64,000 bases of DNA from Minisyncoccota bacterium (GTDB taxonomy: Bacteria; Patescibacteriota; Minisyncoccia; SW-4-49-11): NCBI GenBank assembly GCA_032117235.1, contig JAULZW010000007.1, forward strand, positions 4,091 through 68,090, in the 5' to 3' direction. Positions 9,432 to 19,251 of this stretch are shown piece by piece. Below the pieces are notes generated by a model. That model was not told the origin of the DNA, did no database searches, and saw only the letters and a list, made by a program, of their open reading frames with translations. The position numbers were made by a program, and so were the translations under genes. Position 1 is the first letter of the stretch. Each line of letters starts with the position of its first letter.

Positions 9432-10499
9432 CTATTCTATATATTTTTTTAATGCCACACCTATTGACAATATTAAATCCTGCCAAATATCTACCTTCAA
9501 GTCATCATTATCAAGTCCTTTTACACTCAAGTTAGAGATTGGGGATGCAATAGAAATATTCATATTTGTATTATTAAATTGATTTTTGAATATAGAACCT
9601 ATATAATCTCTAACTCCTGTCATCTTAGATGTCCCCCCCAATATAACAACACTATTAATATCAATGTCCATTATCTCTTTCACATTTCCCAATAGTCGAA
9701 TCACATCTTTGACTATAAAAGAATTTATTTTTGACTGAATAAGCTCAGCTATTTTAGGATCTTTATTATTTACTCCATTTTCTTTTTTCAAATTTTCAGC
9801 TTCTAAAATAGAACAACCCCTCATCTGTTTTATGGATTCAGTAATTTGATTTCCCCCAAAATCAAATGATTGGATAGTTTGCAATTTCTTATAAGCATCG
9901 ACAACTATAACCGTACTATTCCTAGCACCTATATCAATAAGACAAGTATTCTCTTTAGGCAAATCAATAGATCTCAAAATTGAGAAACAATCTAATTCAA
10001 AACCCTTTACTTTAATATTTAAAGCCTTAGTTACTTCAAGATATCTATTAGCTACTGTATTAGGTACAGCTATTATCAAAATATTATACTGATCTTGAAG
10101 TTTATTCTTGCCCAGATTAATCCAATCCAATTGAACACTACTAAGTGGAACTGGAATATGCTTTTTAGCTTCCAAAGGAACTGCTGATAAAAACTCCTTC
10201 TCTTCTAATATAGGTACTTGTATAATTGCAAATAAAGCTAAATATGATGGCAGAGCTATATAAGCATTTGACATACGCATACCTGATCTTGCAGTCATAG
10301 CCTTAATTATGTCAGTTATTTTTTGAGGAGCGAGAGCCACATCGCTATCTTTTTGCTGTATTACACTATCAAGATCATCATCCCATATACTATAGTTATC
10401 AATAGAAAAGTTGTTAAGGTTATGACTAACTTCAACAATTTTTATAGTTTGAGTTCCTATATCTATCCCAAAAGATTTATTTTGTCCCAATGTAAACAT
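9432..10499 (-). CDS. pilM: Type IV pilus assembly protein PilM (actin-like)
   Basis: GIDIGTQTIK, IDIGA, FGGNQIT, LGGTS. Confidence 0.93.
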   Translation of the reverse strand: MFTLGQNKSFGIDIGTQTIKIVEVSHNLNNFSIDNYSIWDDDLDSVIQQKDSDVALAPQKITDIIKAMTARSGMRMSNAYIALPSYLALFAIIQVPILEEKEFLSAVPLEAKKHIPVPLSSVQLDWINLGKNKLQDQYNILIIAVPNTVANRYLEVTKALNIKVKGFELDCFSILRSIDLPKENTCLIDIGARNSTVIVVDAYKKLQTIQSFDFGGNQITESIKQMRGCSILEAENLKKENGVNNKDPKIAELIQSKINSFIVKDVIRLLGNVKEIMDIDINSVVILGGTSKMTGVRDYIGSIFKNQFNNTNMNISIASPISNLSVKGLDNDDLKVDIWQDLILSIGVALKKYIE

Positions 10500-10556
10500 T
10501 GTATCTTTTTTATTTATATTCTATAATATTTACATTATATTACAAAATAAAAAATT

Positions 10557-11267
10557 ATGCAATATATTTTAAATAAAATCATATTGGATGCATTTTTACC
10601 AAATCAATGTGTAGCTTGTCAGAAAATTAATACTGTTAATCTTTGTAGTAATTGTTTAAACTCTATACCTAATACACCTAGCTTATGGTTAAAAGAGCAA
10701 CATTCTGTTCAGCCAATCTTTATACCTAAATCAAACACTATACCAAAAACACTGCGTAAAAACAGCTATCTAGACAGTATATTGAGTTGTACTAATTTTA
10801 AAAATCATATTGTCAAAAAAAGCATACATTACCTAAAATATAAAAATATACCTCAACTATCTCAGCCACTAGGTAGTATTATGCTAAGAGCTCTTAGTCA
10901 GAGTTTAAGAATTAAAGAAAACATTATACTATGTCCAATTCCACTACATCCAAATCGTCTTAGATTTAGAGGATATAATCAGGCTTTACTATTAACTCAA
11001 TATTTAGAATGTAAATTAAATTTACCCATATATAATGGACTTACTAGAATTAGAGATACTCCCAATCAAATGAAAATAACCGATAAAACAACTAGAATAG
11101 AGAATATGAATGATGCATTTGAAGCTAGGCAAGTAGCTGGTTCTGAGGGACAAAATATTATCATCATTGATGACGTGACTACAACTTTATCCACAATACA
11201 GCAAGCTGCCAAAGCACTTTCAAAACAAGGTTTTGCTAGTATAAATGCTTTGATTTTAGCACATTAA
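10557..11267 (+). CDS. comF: ComF family competence protein (phosphoribosyltransferase fold)
   Basis: CVAC..CSNC, PIPLH..RGYNQA, IIDDVTTT. Confidence 0.92.
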   Translation: MQYILNKIILDAFLPNQCVACQKINTVNLCSNCLNSIPNTPSLWLKEQHSVQPIFIPKSNTIPKTLRKNSYLDSILSCTNFKNHIVKKSIHYLKYKNIPQLSQPLGSIMLRALSQSLRIKENIILCPIPLHPNRLRFRGYNQALLLTQYLECKLNLPIYNGLTRIRDTPNQMKITDKTTRIENMNDAFEARQVAGSEGQNIIIIDDVTTTLSTIQQAAKALSKQGFASINALILAH

Positions 11268-11296
11268 GTAAAAGTTGTTGTTAATAATATTATAGT

Positions 11297-11307
11297 TATG
11301 ATATAAT
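11297..11307 (+). promoter_or_regulatory. Extended -10 promoter element TATGATATAAT upstream of khpA
   Basis: The same 11-mer lies upstream of genes at 12397-12407 (+), 37845-37855 (-), 47591-47601 (-), 57908-57918 (-) and 63476-63486 (-). Confidence 0.75.
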
Positions 11308-11355
11308 TAATATCACAGAGTATGATTACTTTGATTAATAGATAAAAACACAGAA

Positions 11356-11679
11356 ATGGAAAAGTTTACTGATAAAGAATTTGTATCCTATATTGTAAAA
11401 TCAATTGTGGATAACCCTAATGATGTATTGATTGAAAGAACTGTTGATGAAATGGGTGTTTTAATCACTCTAAAAGTTAACCCAAGTGATATGGGTTATG
11501 TAATTGGAAAATCTGGATCCACTGCTAAAGCCATTCGTTCATTGTTAAGAATAGTAGGTGCTCGTAATAATGCAAGGGTTAATTTAAAGATTTTAGAACC
11601 AGAACAAGGTGCTAGAAAAGAATCTTTACTAGGTAGCCGTGAAGATGTAGACAAAATAGTAGATGACTTAGATATATAG
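11356..11679 (+). CDS. khpA: KH-domain RNA-binding protein
   Basis: IVDNP..DMGYVIGKSGSTAKAIRSLL. Confidence 0.92.
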   Translation: MEKFTDKEFVSYIVKSIVDNPNDVLIERTVDEMGVLITLKVNPSDMGYVIGKSGSTAKAIRSLLRIVGARNNARVNLKILEPEQGARKESLLGSREDVDKIVDDLDI

Positions 11680-11685
11680 CTAAAT

Positions 11686-12378
11686 ATGAGATTTGATGTA
11701 TTGACTATATTTCCGGAGATTGTAGAGTCTTATATCAATACAGGAGTTATAGGTAGAGCCCTAAATTTAAAAAAGACCTTAAATATTGAAGTCCATAATA
11801 TTCGTGATTATACTAAAGATATACATAAAAAAGTAGATGACACGCCATTTGGTGGTGGTGCTGGTATGATTTTACAACTTGAGCCAATTTATAATGCTTT
11901 GAATAATATTATAAAGAATTATCCAAACACTAAAAAACATATAATTTTGACCAAATCTGGAGCGAATATATTTGATCAAAAAAAAGCTATTCAATTAGGA
12001 GAGGATTTCGAACATATTGTATTTATATGTGGAAGATATGAAGGAGTAGATGCTAGAGTAGAACAGTATTTATGCAATGAATCTTTATCAATAGGGCAAT
12101 TTGTATTAACAGGAGGTGAATTGCCTGTACTAGTTATGCTTGATGCAATTTCAAGACATATTCCTGATGTATTAGGTAATAAAGAATCTCTTAAACAAGA
12201 GTCTTGGACTAATACGGACAAACAAGAATACCCACAATACTCTAGACCAGCTATATTTAAGCCTCAACAACCTAAACTTACTAATAAAGATGCTCCTTCT
12301 GATTGGATAGTACCTGAAATTTTATTATCTGGAAACCATAAAGCTATTGAAGATTGGAGAGAACAACATAAAAAATAG
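11686..12378 (+). CDS. trmD: tRNA (guanine37-N1)-methyltransferase
   Basis: VDDTPFGGGAGM, CGRYEGVDAR, VLTGGE, LLSGNH. Confidence 0.97.
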   Translation: MRFDVLTIFPEIVESYINTGVIGRALNLKKTLNIEVHNIRDYTKDIHKKVDDTPFGGGAGMILQLEPIYNALNNIIKNYPNTKKHIILTKSGANIFDQKKAIQLGEDFEHIVFICGRYEGVDARVEQYLCNESLSIGQFVLTGGELPVLVMLDAISRHIPDVLGNKESLKQESWTNTDKQEYPQYSRPAIFKPQQPKLTNKDAPSDWIVPEILLSGNHKAIEDWREQHKK

Positions 12379-12437
12379 TTTCTTACATCCTATGTATATG
12401 ATATAATAATCTCAATATTAAAATATATATTAAAAAT

Positions 12438-12914
12438 ATGACAGATAATAAGTATCCACTAATTTATAGCTATAATGCTCTAGAGTTTGATAAATACCAT
12501 AAATCCCCCACTTGGTATGTTATGTTTTCTGTAATATTTGTATTATTGCTTATATATGCTATAATAACACGGTCTCCTTTAACATTTGTAGTATTTGTAT
12601 TGCTATTTGTAGTTACACTGTTAATTTCTAGCAAAGATCCAGAAGAAATTGTAGTTGAAATTACAAAAAGTGGTATTAATTTAAATAAAAAAACTACATT
12701 TAGATATCAAGATATAGATTCTTTTGGAATATTTATAAGAGACGATGTGAGATTTATCTCGATTTATTTAACAGAAGGAGTGTTAAGATATGCCAGAATT
12801 CCGCTTGGAGAAGAGAATCCAGAAGATATAGCAGATATTTTAGAGCAGTATATTATTCGTGAAGACGGTAAAGAGAGATTTATGGATAAAATAGATCATA
12901 TATTAAAAATTTAA
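12438..12914 (+). CDS. Conserved hypothetical membrane protein (2 TM plus small soluble domain; DUF5673-like)
   Basis: ALEFDKYHKSPTWY followed by two hydrophobic helices; family recalled from CPR genomes. Confidence 0.6.
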   Translation: MTDNKYPLIYSYNALEFDKYHKSPTWYVMFSVIFVLLLIYAIITRSPLTFVVFVLLFVVTLLISSKDPEEIVVEITKSGINLNKKTTFRYQDIDSFGIFIRDDVRFISIYLTEGVLRYARIPLGEENPEDIADILEQYIIREDGKERFMDKIDHILKI

Positions 12915-12915
12915 A

Positions 12916-12992
12916 GTACCTATAGCTCAGTTGGATAGAGCGCAGGTTTGCGGAACCTGAGGTCAGAGGTTCGAACCCTCTTGGGTACACCA
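12916..12992 (+). tRNA. tRNA-Arg(GCG)
   Basis: Acceptor GTACCTA/TGGGTAC, D arm GCTC..GAGC, anticodon arm CAGGT-TTGCGGA-ACCTG, T arm AGAGG-TTCGAAC-CCTCT, encoded CCA. Confidence 0.95.
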
Positions 12993-13003
12993 ATATTGTT
13001 ATT

Positions 13004-15130
13004 ATGAATATATTCTATACCCCCATAGAAGATCTAAAACCTAAACCCAATATAAGACTAATTGGGTCTCTAAACAAACTAGGGATTTATAATTTATCAC
13101 AACTTTTACTCTATCCACCTAAAAAATTCATTAACTATAAACATTTTCAGACAATTTCTCAAATATATAATATCCAATCTGGGACTCCAGTTGTACTAGA
13201 AGTAACTATAATTAATAAAAAACAAACCCGGCTACGAGGTAGAAAATTAACATTAGGTGAAGTTACTATTAAAGACAGTACCGGAGAATTTGTTATTACA
13301 TTGTTTAATCAGAAATTATTATTTGAATCTTTACAACTAAATTCCCAATATGCACTATCCGCTATAATTAAGAATGAGACTAAATCCCCTCTTAATAACA
13401 TTAGTTTTGAAAGAATATTACCAAATAAAACTTTATTACATTCTCATAGATTAGTGCCTATTTATCCTGAAACAGCTGGAATTACATCTAAGATGCTTCG
13501 TTATAGAATTAATCTTGCTATTAAACAATTTCCTAATTTACCAGAGACTTTACCAAAATGGATACTAGATACAGCCACTATACCAGATATTAATTCAGCT
13601 ATCCAATATTTACATTACCCTCAGAATACCCAACAAATTAAAAAAGCTAAAGCAAGATTGGTTTTTGAAGAGGCCTTTATAATGCAATTATATATCGCCA
13701 AGCAAAAATTAATTTTTCAATCTAAATATGCTCCTGCTATGATAACTCATACAAGTCATATTAATGAATTTATAAATAATCTAAAATTTAACTTAACAAA
13801 TGCTCAAAAAAAGGCTATTCAAGAAATTTTAGAAGATATCAACAGACCTACTCCAATGAATAGATTATTAGAGGGAGATGTAGGAACTGGAAAAACTATA
13901 GTGGCTATTATTGTTATGCTCAATACTTATTATAACAAATATCAATCTGTATTAATGGCTCCAACGGAAATACTAGCCACTCAACACTTTGAAGGAATTA
14001 CTAAATTAACTGAAAACTTAAACAAACCACCAATAATAGCTCTTATTACCTCCAAAGAATCTCGCATATCTACAGATAAAAATTTAGATTCTTGGACCAC
14101 TATTCCGAAGAAAGATTTACTCAAAAAAATTGAAAGAGGGAATATAAATATTATTATTGGAACTCATAGTGTAATTAGAGAACAATTAAAATACAATAAT
14201 CTAGCTCTAGCTATTGTAGATGAACAGCATCGTTTTGGGGTTAAGCAAAGAGCTGAATTGCAAACAATGATTAGTAAAACAGATGATAAAAGTCCTGATA
14301 CAATATCACATCTTTTAAGTATGACAGCAACCCCTATCCCTAGAACATTAGCCCTTAGTATTTATGGGGATTTAGATTTATCATTACTCAATGAATATCC
14401 AGCTAATAGAAAAGCTATCAAGACTAAATTAGTTCCCCCATCAAAAAGAACAGATGCTTATAATTTTATTCGACAGCATATTACAAGTGGTAGACAAGCC
14501 TTTGTGGTTTGTCCAAAAATTGAAGCTGATGAAAAATCTGACATAAGGTCAGTAGAAGAGACTTTCCTAGACCTATCAAAGAATATATTCCCTGAATTCA
14601 AAGTACAAATGATGCATGGTAAGATGAAAACTGTAGAAAAAGATAATATCATCCAAGCATTCAAACAAAAAGAATTTGATATATTAGTAGCCACATCAGT
14701 TATAGAAGTAGGTATAGACATTCCTAATGCAAGTATTATGCTCATAGAAGGTGCTGAAAGATTTGGACTAGCCCAATTACATCAATTTAGGGGACGTGTG
14801 GGAAGAGGAGAGTATCAATCATTTTGTTTTCTTTTTGAGACAGGAGAAAATGAAGTCTCAATGAATCAAAGACTAAAAGCAATAGAGCAAGCCAATAATG
14901 GCTTTGACTTGGCTGAACAAGATTTAGCTATCAGAGGACCAGGACAATTTATAGGGTCTAATCAATCTGGATTATCCGACATCAGTATGGAGGCTTTGCT
15001 TAATAAAGACATTATATTACAAACTAAAAATATAGTTAATCAGGTATTAACCCAAGATGTTACTCTTAATAGCTATCCGGAATTAAAAACAAGATTATCA
15101 CATTTTGAAGAAAATGTTCATTTTGAATAA
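13004..15130 (+). CDS. recG: ATP-dependent DNA helicase RecG
   Basis: RLLEGDVGTGKT, DEQHRFG, MTATPIPRTL, QLHQFRGRVGRG. Confidence 0.97.
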   Translation: MNIFYTPIEDLKPKPNIRLIGSLNKLGIYNLSQLLLYPPKKFINYKHFQTISQIYNIQSGTPVVLEVTIINKKQTRLRGRKLTLGEVTIKDSTGEFVITLFNQKLLFESLQLNSQYALSAIIKNETKSPLNNISFERILPNKTLLHSHRLVPIYPETAGITSKMLRYRINLAIKQFPNLPETLPKWILDTATIPDINSAIQYLHYPQNTQQIKKAKARLVFEEAFIMQLYIAKQKLIFQSKYAPAMITHTSHINEFINNLKFNLTNAQKKAIQEILEDINRPTPMNRLLEGDVGTGKTIVAIIVMLNTYYNKYQSVLMAPTEILATQHFEGITKLTENLNKPPIIALITSKESRISTDKNLDSWTTIPKKDLLKKIERGNINIIIGTHSVIREQLKYNNLALAIVDEQHRFGVKQRAELQTMISKTDDKSPDTISHLLSMTATPIPRTLALSIYGDLDLSLLNEYPANRKAIKTKLVPPSKRTDAYNFIRQHITSGRQAFVVCPKIEADEKSDIRSVEETFLDLSKNIFPEFKVQMMHGKMKTVEKDNIIQAFKQKEFDILVATSVIEVGIDIPNASIMLIEGAERFGLAQLHQFRGRVGRGEYQSFCFLFETGENEVSMNQRLKAIEQANNGFDLAEQDLAIRGPGQFIGSNQSGLSDISMEALLNKDIILQTKNIVNQVLTQDVTLNSYPELKTRLSHFEENVHFE

Positions 15131-15139
15131 AAATTAGCC

Positions 15140-16423
15140 TCACAAACTCCAATCAGATTGAATAAATTTATCTAACTTTTTATTATTAATCTTATCATCA
15201 AGACTAAAATTAAATCCTTCTATACCAGATTGTTTTTGAATTTCCAAGTCATACTTATCTAGTTTAGTCAAAGTATAATCAATTACAATATCTTTTGAAC
15301 TATTAACTGGAACTTTAATCTCAAAGCCAGCAATTTTTTTATTATAAGATGTAGTATAATCAACCTCATTCATCCTATTTTCAACACCTATAACACCATT
15401 AACAAAAGAATCCTTAGGTAATAAAACTCTAGTATAAGATTTATAATCATTATTGAGAGGTGAAGCAGATTTAGCTGTATTAATATAAGTAATAATAATT
15501 TTGGAACAAATTTTATCGCCACAGTCCCTAACATCTTTTTTTATAGATCTTTTCATATAATAATCAGTTTTCAAAGCTCCCAAATTAGCATCTACCAACA
15601 TAAAATAATCTCCCTTAATATTAGTGTCTATCTCACCGTCCCAATTTAGTTTGCTAATTTTAGCTTGAATCTTATCATCCTTACTCCAAAGTAAAATTTG
15701 CTTTTGCCGAGCCTGTTCTATAAGCATATTTCCAAGTTTATATAATGTTTGAGGAGAAGCTTTGCGAATTTTATTCTCCATCTGAACTGCTAAATTTTTA
15801 ATTGGCTCTTTACGGTCAGAACGACTTATACCCTTTTCAGCAAATCCAAAATTCAATTCATACTGTACAGATAATAATACATTTTCCGCATTCAATGCAC
15901 CCTCTATTCCTTCAACATATATTGGCCCAATAATCTTTAATATTTCTGGTAAAATAGAAGCATTAAATCCAATAATTCCAGCTATATCTTGAGTCCCCCC
16001 CTCCAATTTATATAAGTCTATAATTTGTTTAGCCGTAGTTGGAAAATCAGGAGACCAATTTGAATCTCTTAATTGCATTGTATTTATACCCAACATATTT
16101 TTATAAGCATCTGGAGCCTCGATACCAGGTTTACCATAATCAAAAACATTTGTATTATAAATAGTATATTTTTTAATTTTACCAGAATTCAAAGTAACTT
16201 CCGCAAAATTTCCAATATAACCTCCTGTTGGTCTTAATTCCAAAGTATTCTGAAATATAACTAAATAAGTAACTTCTTTTTGTGACCTAATAGAATTAAT
16301 AAGATCCAATTCCAACCTATATTTAGACCAGAAAATTGCAATCACAATTATAGCTACAATTACAATAACTACAAATATTAAAGATATAATTTTGAATATA
16401 TTCTTTTTAGAGAAAGACCTCAT
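15140..16423 (-). CDS. DUF4012 domain membrane-anchored protein
   Basis: FQNTLELRPTGGYIG, LRDSNWSPDFP, QKQSG. Confidence 0.85.
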   Translation of the reverse strand: MRSFSKKNIFKIISLIFVVIVIVAIIVIAIFWSKYRLELDLINSIRSQKEVTYLVIFQNTLELRPTGGYIGNFAEVTLNSGKIKKYTIYNTNVFDYGKPGIEAPDAYKNMLGINTMQLRDSNWSPDFPTTAKQIIDLYKLEGGTQDIAGIIGFNASILPEILKIIGPIYVEGIEGALNAENVLLSVQYELNFGFAEKGISRSDRKEPIKNLAVQMENKIRKASPQTLYKLGNMLIEQARQKQILLWSKDDKIQAKISKLNWDGEIDTNIKGDYFMLVDANLGALKTDYYMKRSIKKDVRDCGDKICSKIIITYINTAKSASPLNNDYKSYTRVLLPKDSFVNGVIGVENRMNEVDYTTSYNKKIAGFEIKVPVNSSKDIVIDYTLTKLDKYDLEIQKQSGIEGFNFSLDDKINNKKLDKFIQSDWSL

Positions 16424-16427
16424 ACAA

Positions 16428-17609
16428 TCAATATCTTAAAGCCGTATTAACCTGTATCCCAGCTCCACGATATTGACTAGAGTCTCTATAATACACATTC
16501 TCTACAGCCTTAACTATATTATTCCAAGAATAGTGATACTTTATTTCACCCTGTAACATCTCAGATAATTCTAATGCCCCTTTATAGTCACATAACAAAT
16601 TATCCAATTGATGCTTCAGGGAAATTACATTATTAACTCTGGCAACATGTGCTAAATCTCCCACAACCTCTATATTTTCCCTTATATCTGAAACTATAAT
16701 TGGGACACCATAACTACCTGCTTCTAATAATGAAATAGACAACCCTTCCGAAGAGGATGGTAAAACATAAACCGCTGCATTAGCAAATAATTGTTTCAGA
16801 GTTCTACCTGATTGATGACCCGTAAAAATAATATTTTTATCATTATTAGCTAAATTATGTAAATACTTTTCATATTCAGGAGTAAAAGCTCCAGAGCCTA
16901 CAATCACTAGTTTTTTATTATACTTACGAGTCATCTGCTGATAAGCTTGAATCAAAATATGAGCATTTTTATGCTTAACTAGCCTTGCAATAAAAACAAT
17001 ATACCCCCTCTTCTTCAACCCAAATTGAGCCAATTCAGAATCAGAAGTAATATGATTAAAATCTGTACCATTAGGAATATAGGTTGTTTTAATATCAAAT
17101 TCTTTATTAACAAAATACCTAAGACTTTTAGACACCGTAATCACCTCATCAGCAAAATTACAACCCATCCAAGCACCTAGCTTGAGCATAGACTTAGCAA
17201 AAAGATTCCATTTCCCATGATACCAATCCGCACTATGAAAGGTAAATGCAACTTTAGTATATTTGCCACCCAAAATATACTTCAGACCAAACCCAATTCT
17301 AGCAAAAAGAGTAAAAAAAGCAGGTCCAACCGAATTAATATGCAAAACATCCAAGTCAGGAATAAAAAAACTATGCCAAATAGAAGTAAGGGTATGAGTT
17401 CCCGCATCTAGACTTTTAGTAGGAATAGAAGACGTAGCAATAACCTCCACTCCTTTATAATTACCTTCTGGAGCATAAGCTTTACGGGTATACACAATAA
17501 TATCATGACCCCGCCGAGCAAGTCTTACTGCAATATGCTCAACATAATTCTCAACCCCTCCACCAGAAGTTGCAGGTATACCTTTTTGCCCAACAAAAGC
17601 AATTTTCAT
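16428..17609 (-). CDS. Glycosyltransferase family 4
   Basis: MKIAFVGQKGIPATSGGGVE, EGLSISLLEA; start moved to ATG 17609. Confidence 0.92.
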   Translation of the reverse strand: MKIAFVGQKGIPATSGGGVENYVEHIAVRLARRGHDIIVYTRKAYAPEGNYKGVEVIATSSIPTKSLDAGTHTLTSIWHSFFIPDLDVLHINSVGPAFFTLFARIGFGLKYILGGKYTKVAFTFHSADWYHGKWNLFAKSMLKLGAWMGCNFADEVITVSKSLRYFVNKEFDIKTTYIPNGTDFNHITSDSELAQFGLKKRGYIVFIARLVKHKNAHILIQAYQQMTRKYNKKLVIVGSGAFTPEYEKYLHNLANNDKNIIFTGHQSGRTLKQLFANAAVYVLPSSSEGLSISLLEAGSYGVPIIVSDIRENIEVVGDLAHVARVNNVISLKHQLDNLLCDYKGALELSEMLQGEIKYHYSWNNIVKAVENVYYRDSSQYRGAGIQVNTALRY

Positions 17610-17651
17610 GACTTGCAAAAATTTAACTATAGTCATAAACCGTCATAATTT

Positions 17652-17680
17652 ATGATACCATAAAAATCTATTTTTGTCAA
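17652..17680 (-). promoter_or_regulatory. Sigma70-type promoter for the GT4-DUF4012 pair
   Basis: TTGACA-17 nt-TATCAT with extended TG. Confidence 0.75.
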
Positions 17681-17705
17681 AAAATTATAGCAATCACAAG
17701 TCTAT

Positions 17706-17749
17706 AAAAACGACTCCCCCTGACGACTTAGCGTAAGGGGGGGGGGGAG
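17706..17749 (-). terminator. Intrinsic terminator containing a G11/C11 tract
   Basis: CTCCCCC..GGGGGAG stem followed by TCGTTTTT on the minus strand; a second similar hairpin lies at 17795-17817. Confidence 0.6.
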
Positions 17750-17837
17750 GGACAAAAGTGGTATTCAGTTTTTAGTATTTAGTTTTTCAGACTAACTCCC
17801 GGCCTCCAAGGGGGAGTGTATGTGCTTAGTATAGACT

Positions 17838-18413
17838 TTAACTGTAAGTCTCTTCTCCTCTCAAAATGGCTAGTGCTTTGGGCATCATATGGGGTTCATA
17901 GACCCTAATAACTGCTAAAGGTGAAAGGAATCTCCGCTCAATCGTTGCTCCTAACCTATAATCACTACTATCATCAACCCTCTTCCAAGCTAGGTCAGAT
18001 ACGAACAACATAAAGCTTTTGTTGTTCCACTGCTGTTCCATAGTAGGATCAGTAGCAGGAGCTGAAGTATATTTAGTTGTGTGGATAGTAGTTGTGTGGA
18101 TAGAGTTTTTTGTACTGCTATCGTAGGGAACGGGTGTTGATGCCAGAACGGGCGCTGGAGCGGTGGCAACTGATGCAGGCGCTGGAGCGGTGGCAACTGG
18201 TGCCGGTGCTGGAGCGGTGGCAACTGGTGCCGGTGCTGAGGCTGGTATTAGCTCAGATTGTAAAATCCCTTGCCTCTGTCGAGAGCTTTGGATCATACTT
18301 TGAATATCTAACACATCTGCTTTCACAGAAGAGTGGACTTCACTCGCAGCTACAGGAGCTGCAAAGAGCAGGACTGCCGTTGTAAACAGCCCTATAAGAA
18401 ATCGGTTTCTCAT
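17838..18413 (-). CDS. Secreted hypothetical protein with Ala/Pro/Thr repeats
   Basis: Signal peptide MRNRFLIGLFTTAVLLFAAPVAA. Start moved to ATG 18413 because the longer ORF begins at the TTG of the promoter TTGACA. Confidence 0.75.
   Translation of the reverse strand: MRNRFLIGLFTTAVLLFAAPVAASEVHSSVKADVLDIQSMIQSSRQRQGILQSELIPASAPAPVATAPAPAPVATAPAPASVATAPAPVLASTPVPYDSSTKNSIHTTTIHTTKYTSAPATDPTMEQQWNNKSFMLFVSDLAWKRVDDSSDYRLGATIERRFLSPLAVIRVYEPHMMPKALAILRGEETYS
18074..18103. repeat. 15-bp tandem duplication (IHTT x2)
   Basis: TAGTTGTGTGGATAG twice. Confidence 0.85.
18154..18234. repeat. 27-bp tandem repeat x3 encoding PAPVATAPA
   Basis: GCTGGAGCGGTGGCAACTG(A/G)TGC(A/C)GG(C/T) at 18154, 18181 and 18208. 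Confidence 0.92.
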
Positions 18414-18465
18414 TGAAACCTCAATAGGACTAATGGACGGCAGCCGACATACTGCCTTGTGGTGA

Positions 18466-18494
18466 TTTATAACATATTTTGTAACTTTTGTCAA
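18466..18494 (-). promoter_or_regulatory. Sigma70-type promoter
   Basis: TTGACA-AAAGTTACAAAATATGT-TATAAA (17-nt spacer, TG extension). Confidence 0.75.
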
Positions 18495-18562
18495 TAAATT
18501 ACAAAGATATTTATGTTTTATAAAAAAATAAACTCCTATATTAGGTTATAGTAGTTAGGTAT

Positions 18563-18597
18563 AAAAAAACCACCCTCAACTCTGTGCTGAGGGCGTG
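18563..18597 (-). terminator. Intrinsic terminator
   Basis: CCCTCA..TGAGGG stem then T7 on the minus strand, just after stop 18608. Confidence 0.75.
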
Positions 18598-18607
18598 ATG
18601 TGATGGA

Positions 18608-19237
18608 TCAGTTGTTTTTAGTAAGGAGGCTTGTGGCTTCCTCGTATCTCCCCTGATTAGCAGCTTGGTCGGCTGCTGCGAGGTTGGGATGATGATTGCC
18701 GGCCCGCTTTCTAGCCTTTCTATAGGCATCCTGAGCTTCCTCAGAAGCCGCAAAGCCTTTAAAAGATTCCCTACGTAAAACCTCTCGAGTTTTCAGTGCC
18801 CAATCAAGCTCTTTTTCGCGAAGGAGCTGACTATTAAGGGCTTCACACGAGATGATCGTGTCAGCTCTTACTGAATCGAGGTGGCGGCTAAACTCTTCTT
18901 CTGGAAGGTTTGGCTGAACTGTCGTACTATTCAAGCCTCCGCTCACCCCAGTTCCGAAGAGGGAGAAGGCTGCAGAACCCCCAGTGGAGTTGATATTAGC
19001 AGCCTTGCTCACCACAAGGCGAGATTTAAGGACAACAATCTGTCCGTTGTAGAGGCAGGGGAAGCTGTCCTCCCTCTCAAAACTAGACCTCCCCTCTTGG
19101 CCAGGAGCACCCGGAAATCCGGGCGCAATGGCAGGTGATACTGGGGCTCTATATTCCCAAGCTTTCGCTGGGAGAATAGCCCCAGCCCCAATGACAAAAG
19201 TGGCTAAATACAGCTGAAATCGAGTTAGATTTCTCAT
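18608..19237 (-). CDS. Secreted hypothetical protein
   Basis: Signal peptide MRNLTRFQLYLATFVIGAGAILPAKA; about 50% GC; Gly-rich segment GGSAAFSLFGTGVSGG; two Cys; helical C-terminus. Confidence 0.75.
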   Translation of the reverse strand: MRNLTRFQLYLATFVIGAGAILPAKAWEYRAPVSPAIAPGFPGAPGQEGRSSFEREDSFPCLYNGQIVVLKSRLVVSKAANINSTGGSAAFSLFGTGVSGGLNSTTVQPNLPEEEFSRHLDSVRADTIISCEALNSQLLREKELDWALKTREVLRRESFKGFAASEEAQDAYRKARKRAGNHHPNLAAADQAANQGRYEEATSLLTKNN

Positions 19238-19251
19238 GAGAGGACGACGAG

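Noticed and set aside
18154-18234. CRISPR array
   Set aside because: The repeats are directly adjacent without spacers and are in-frame coding.
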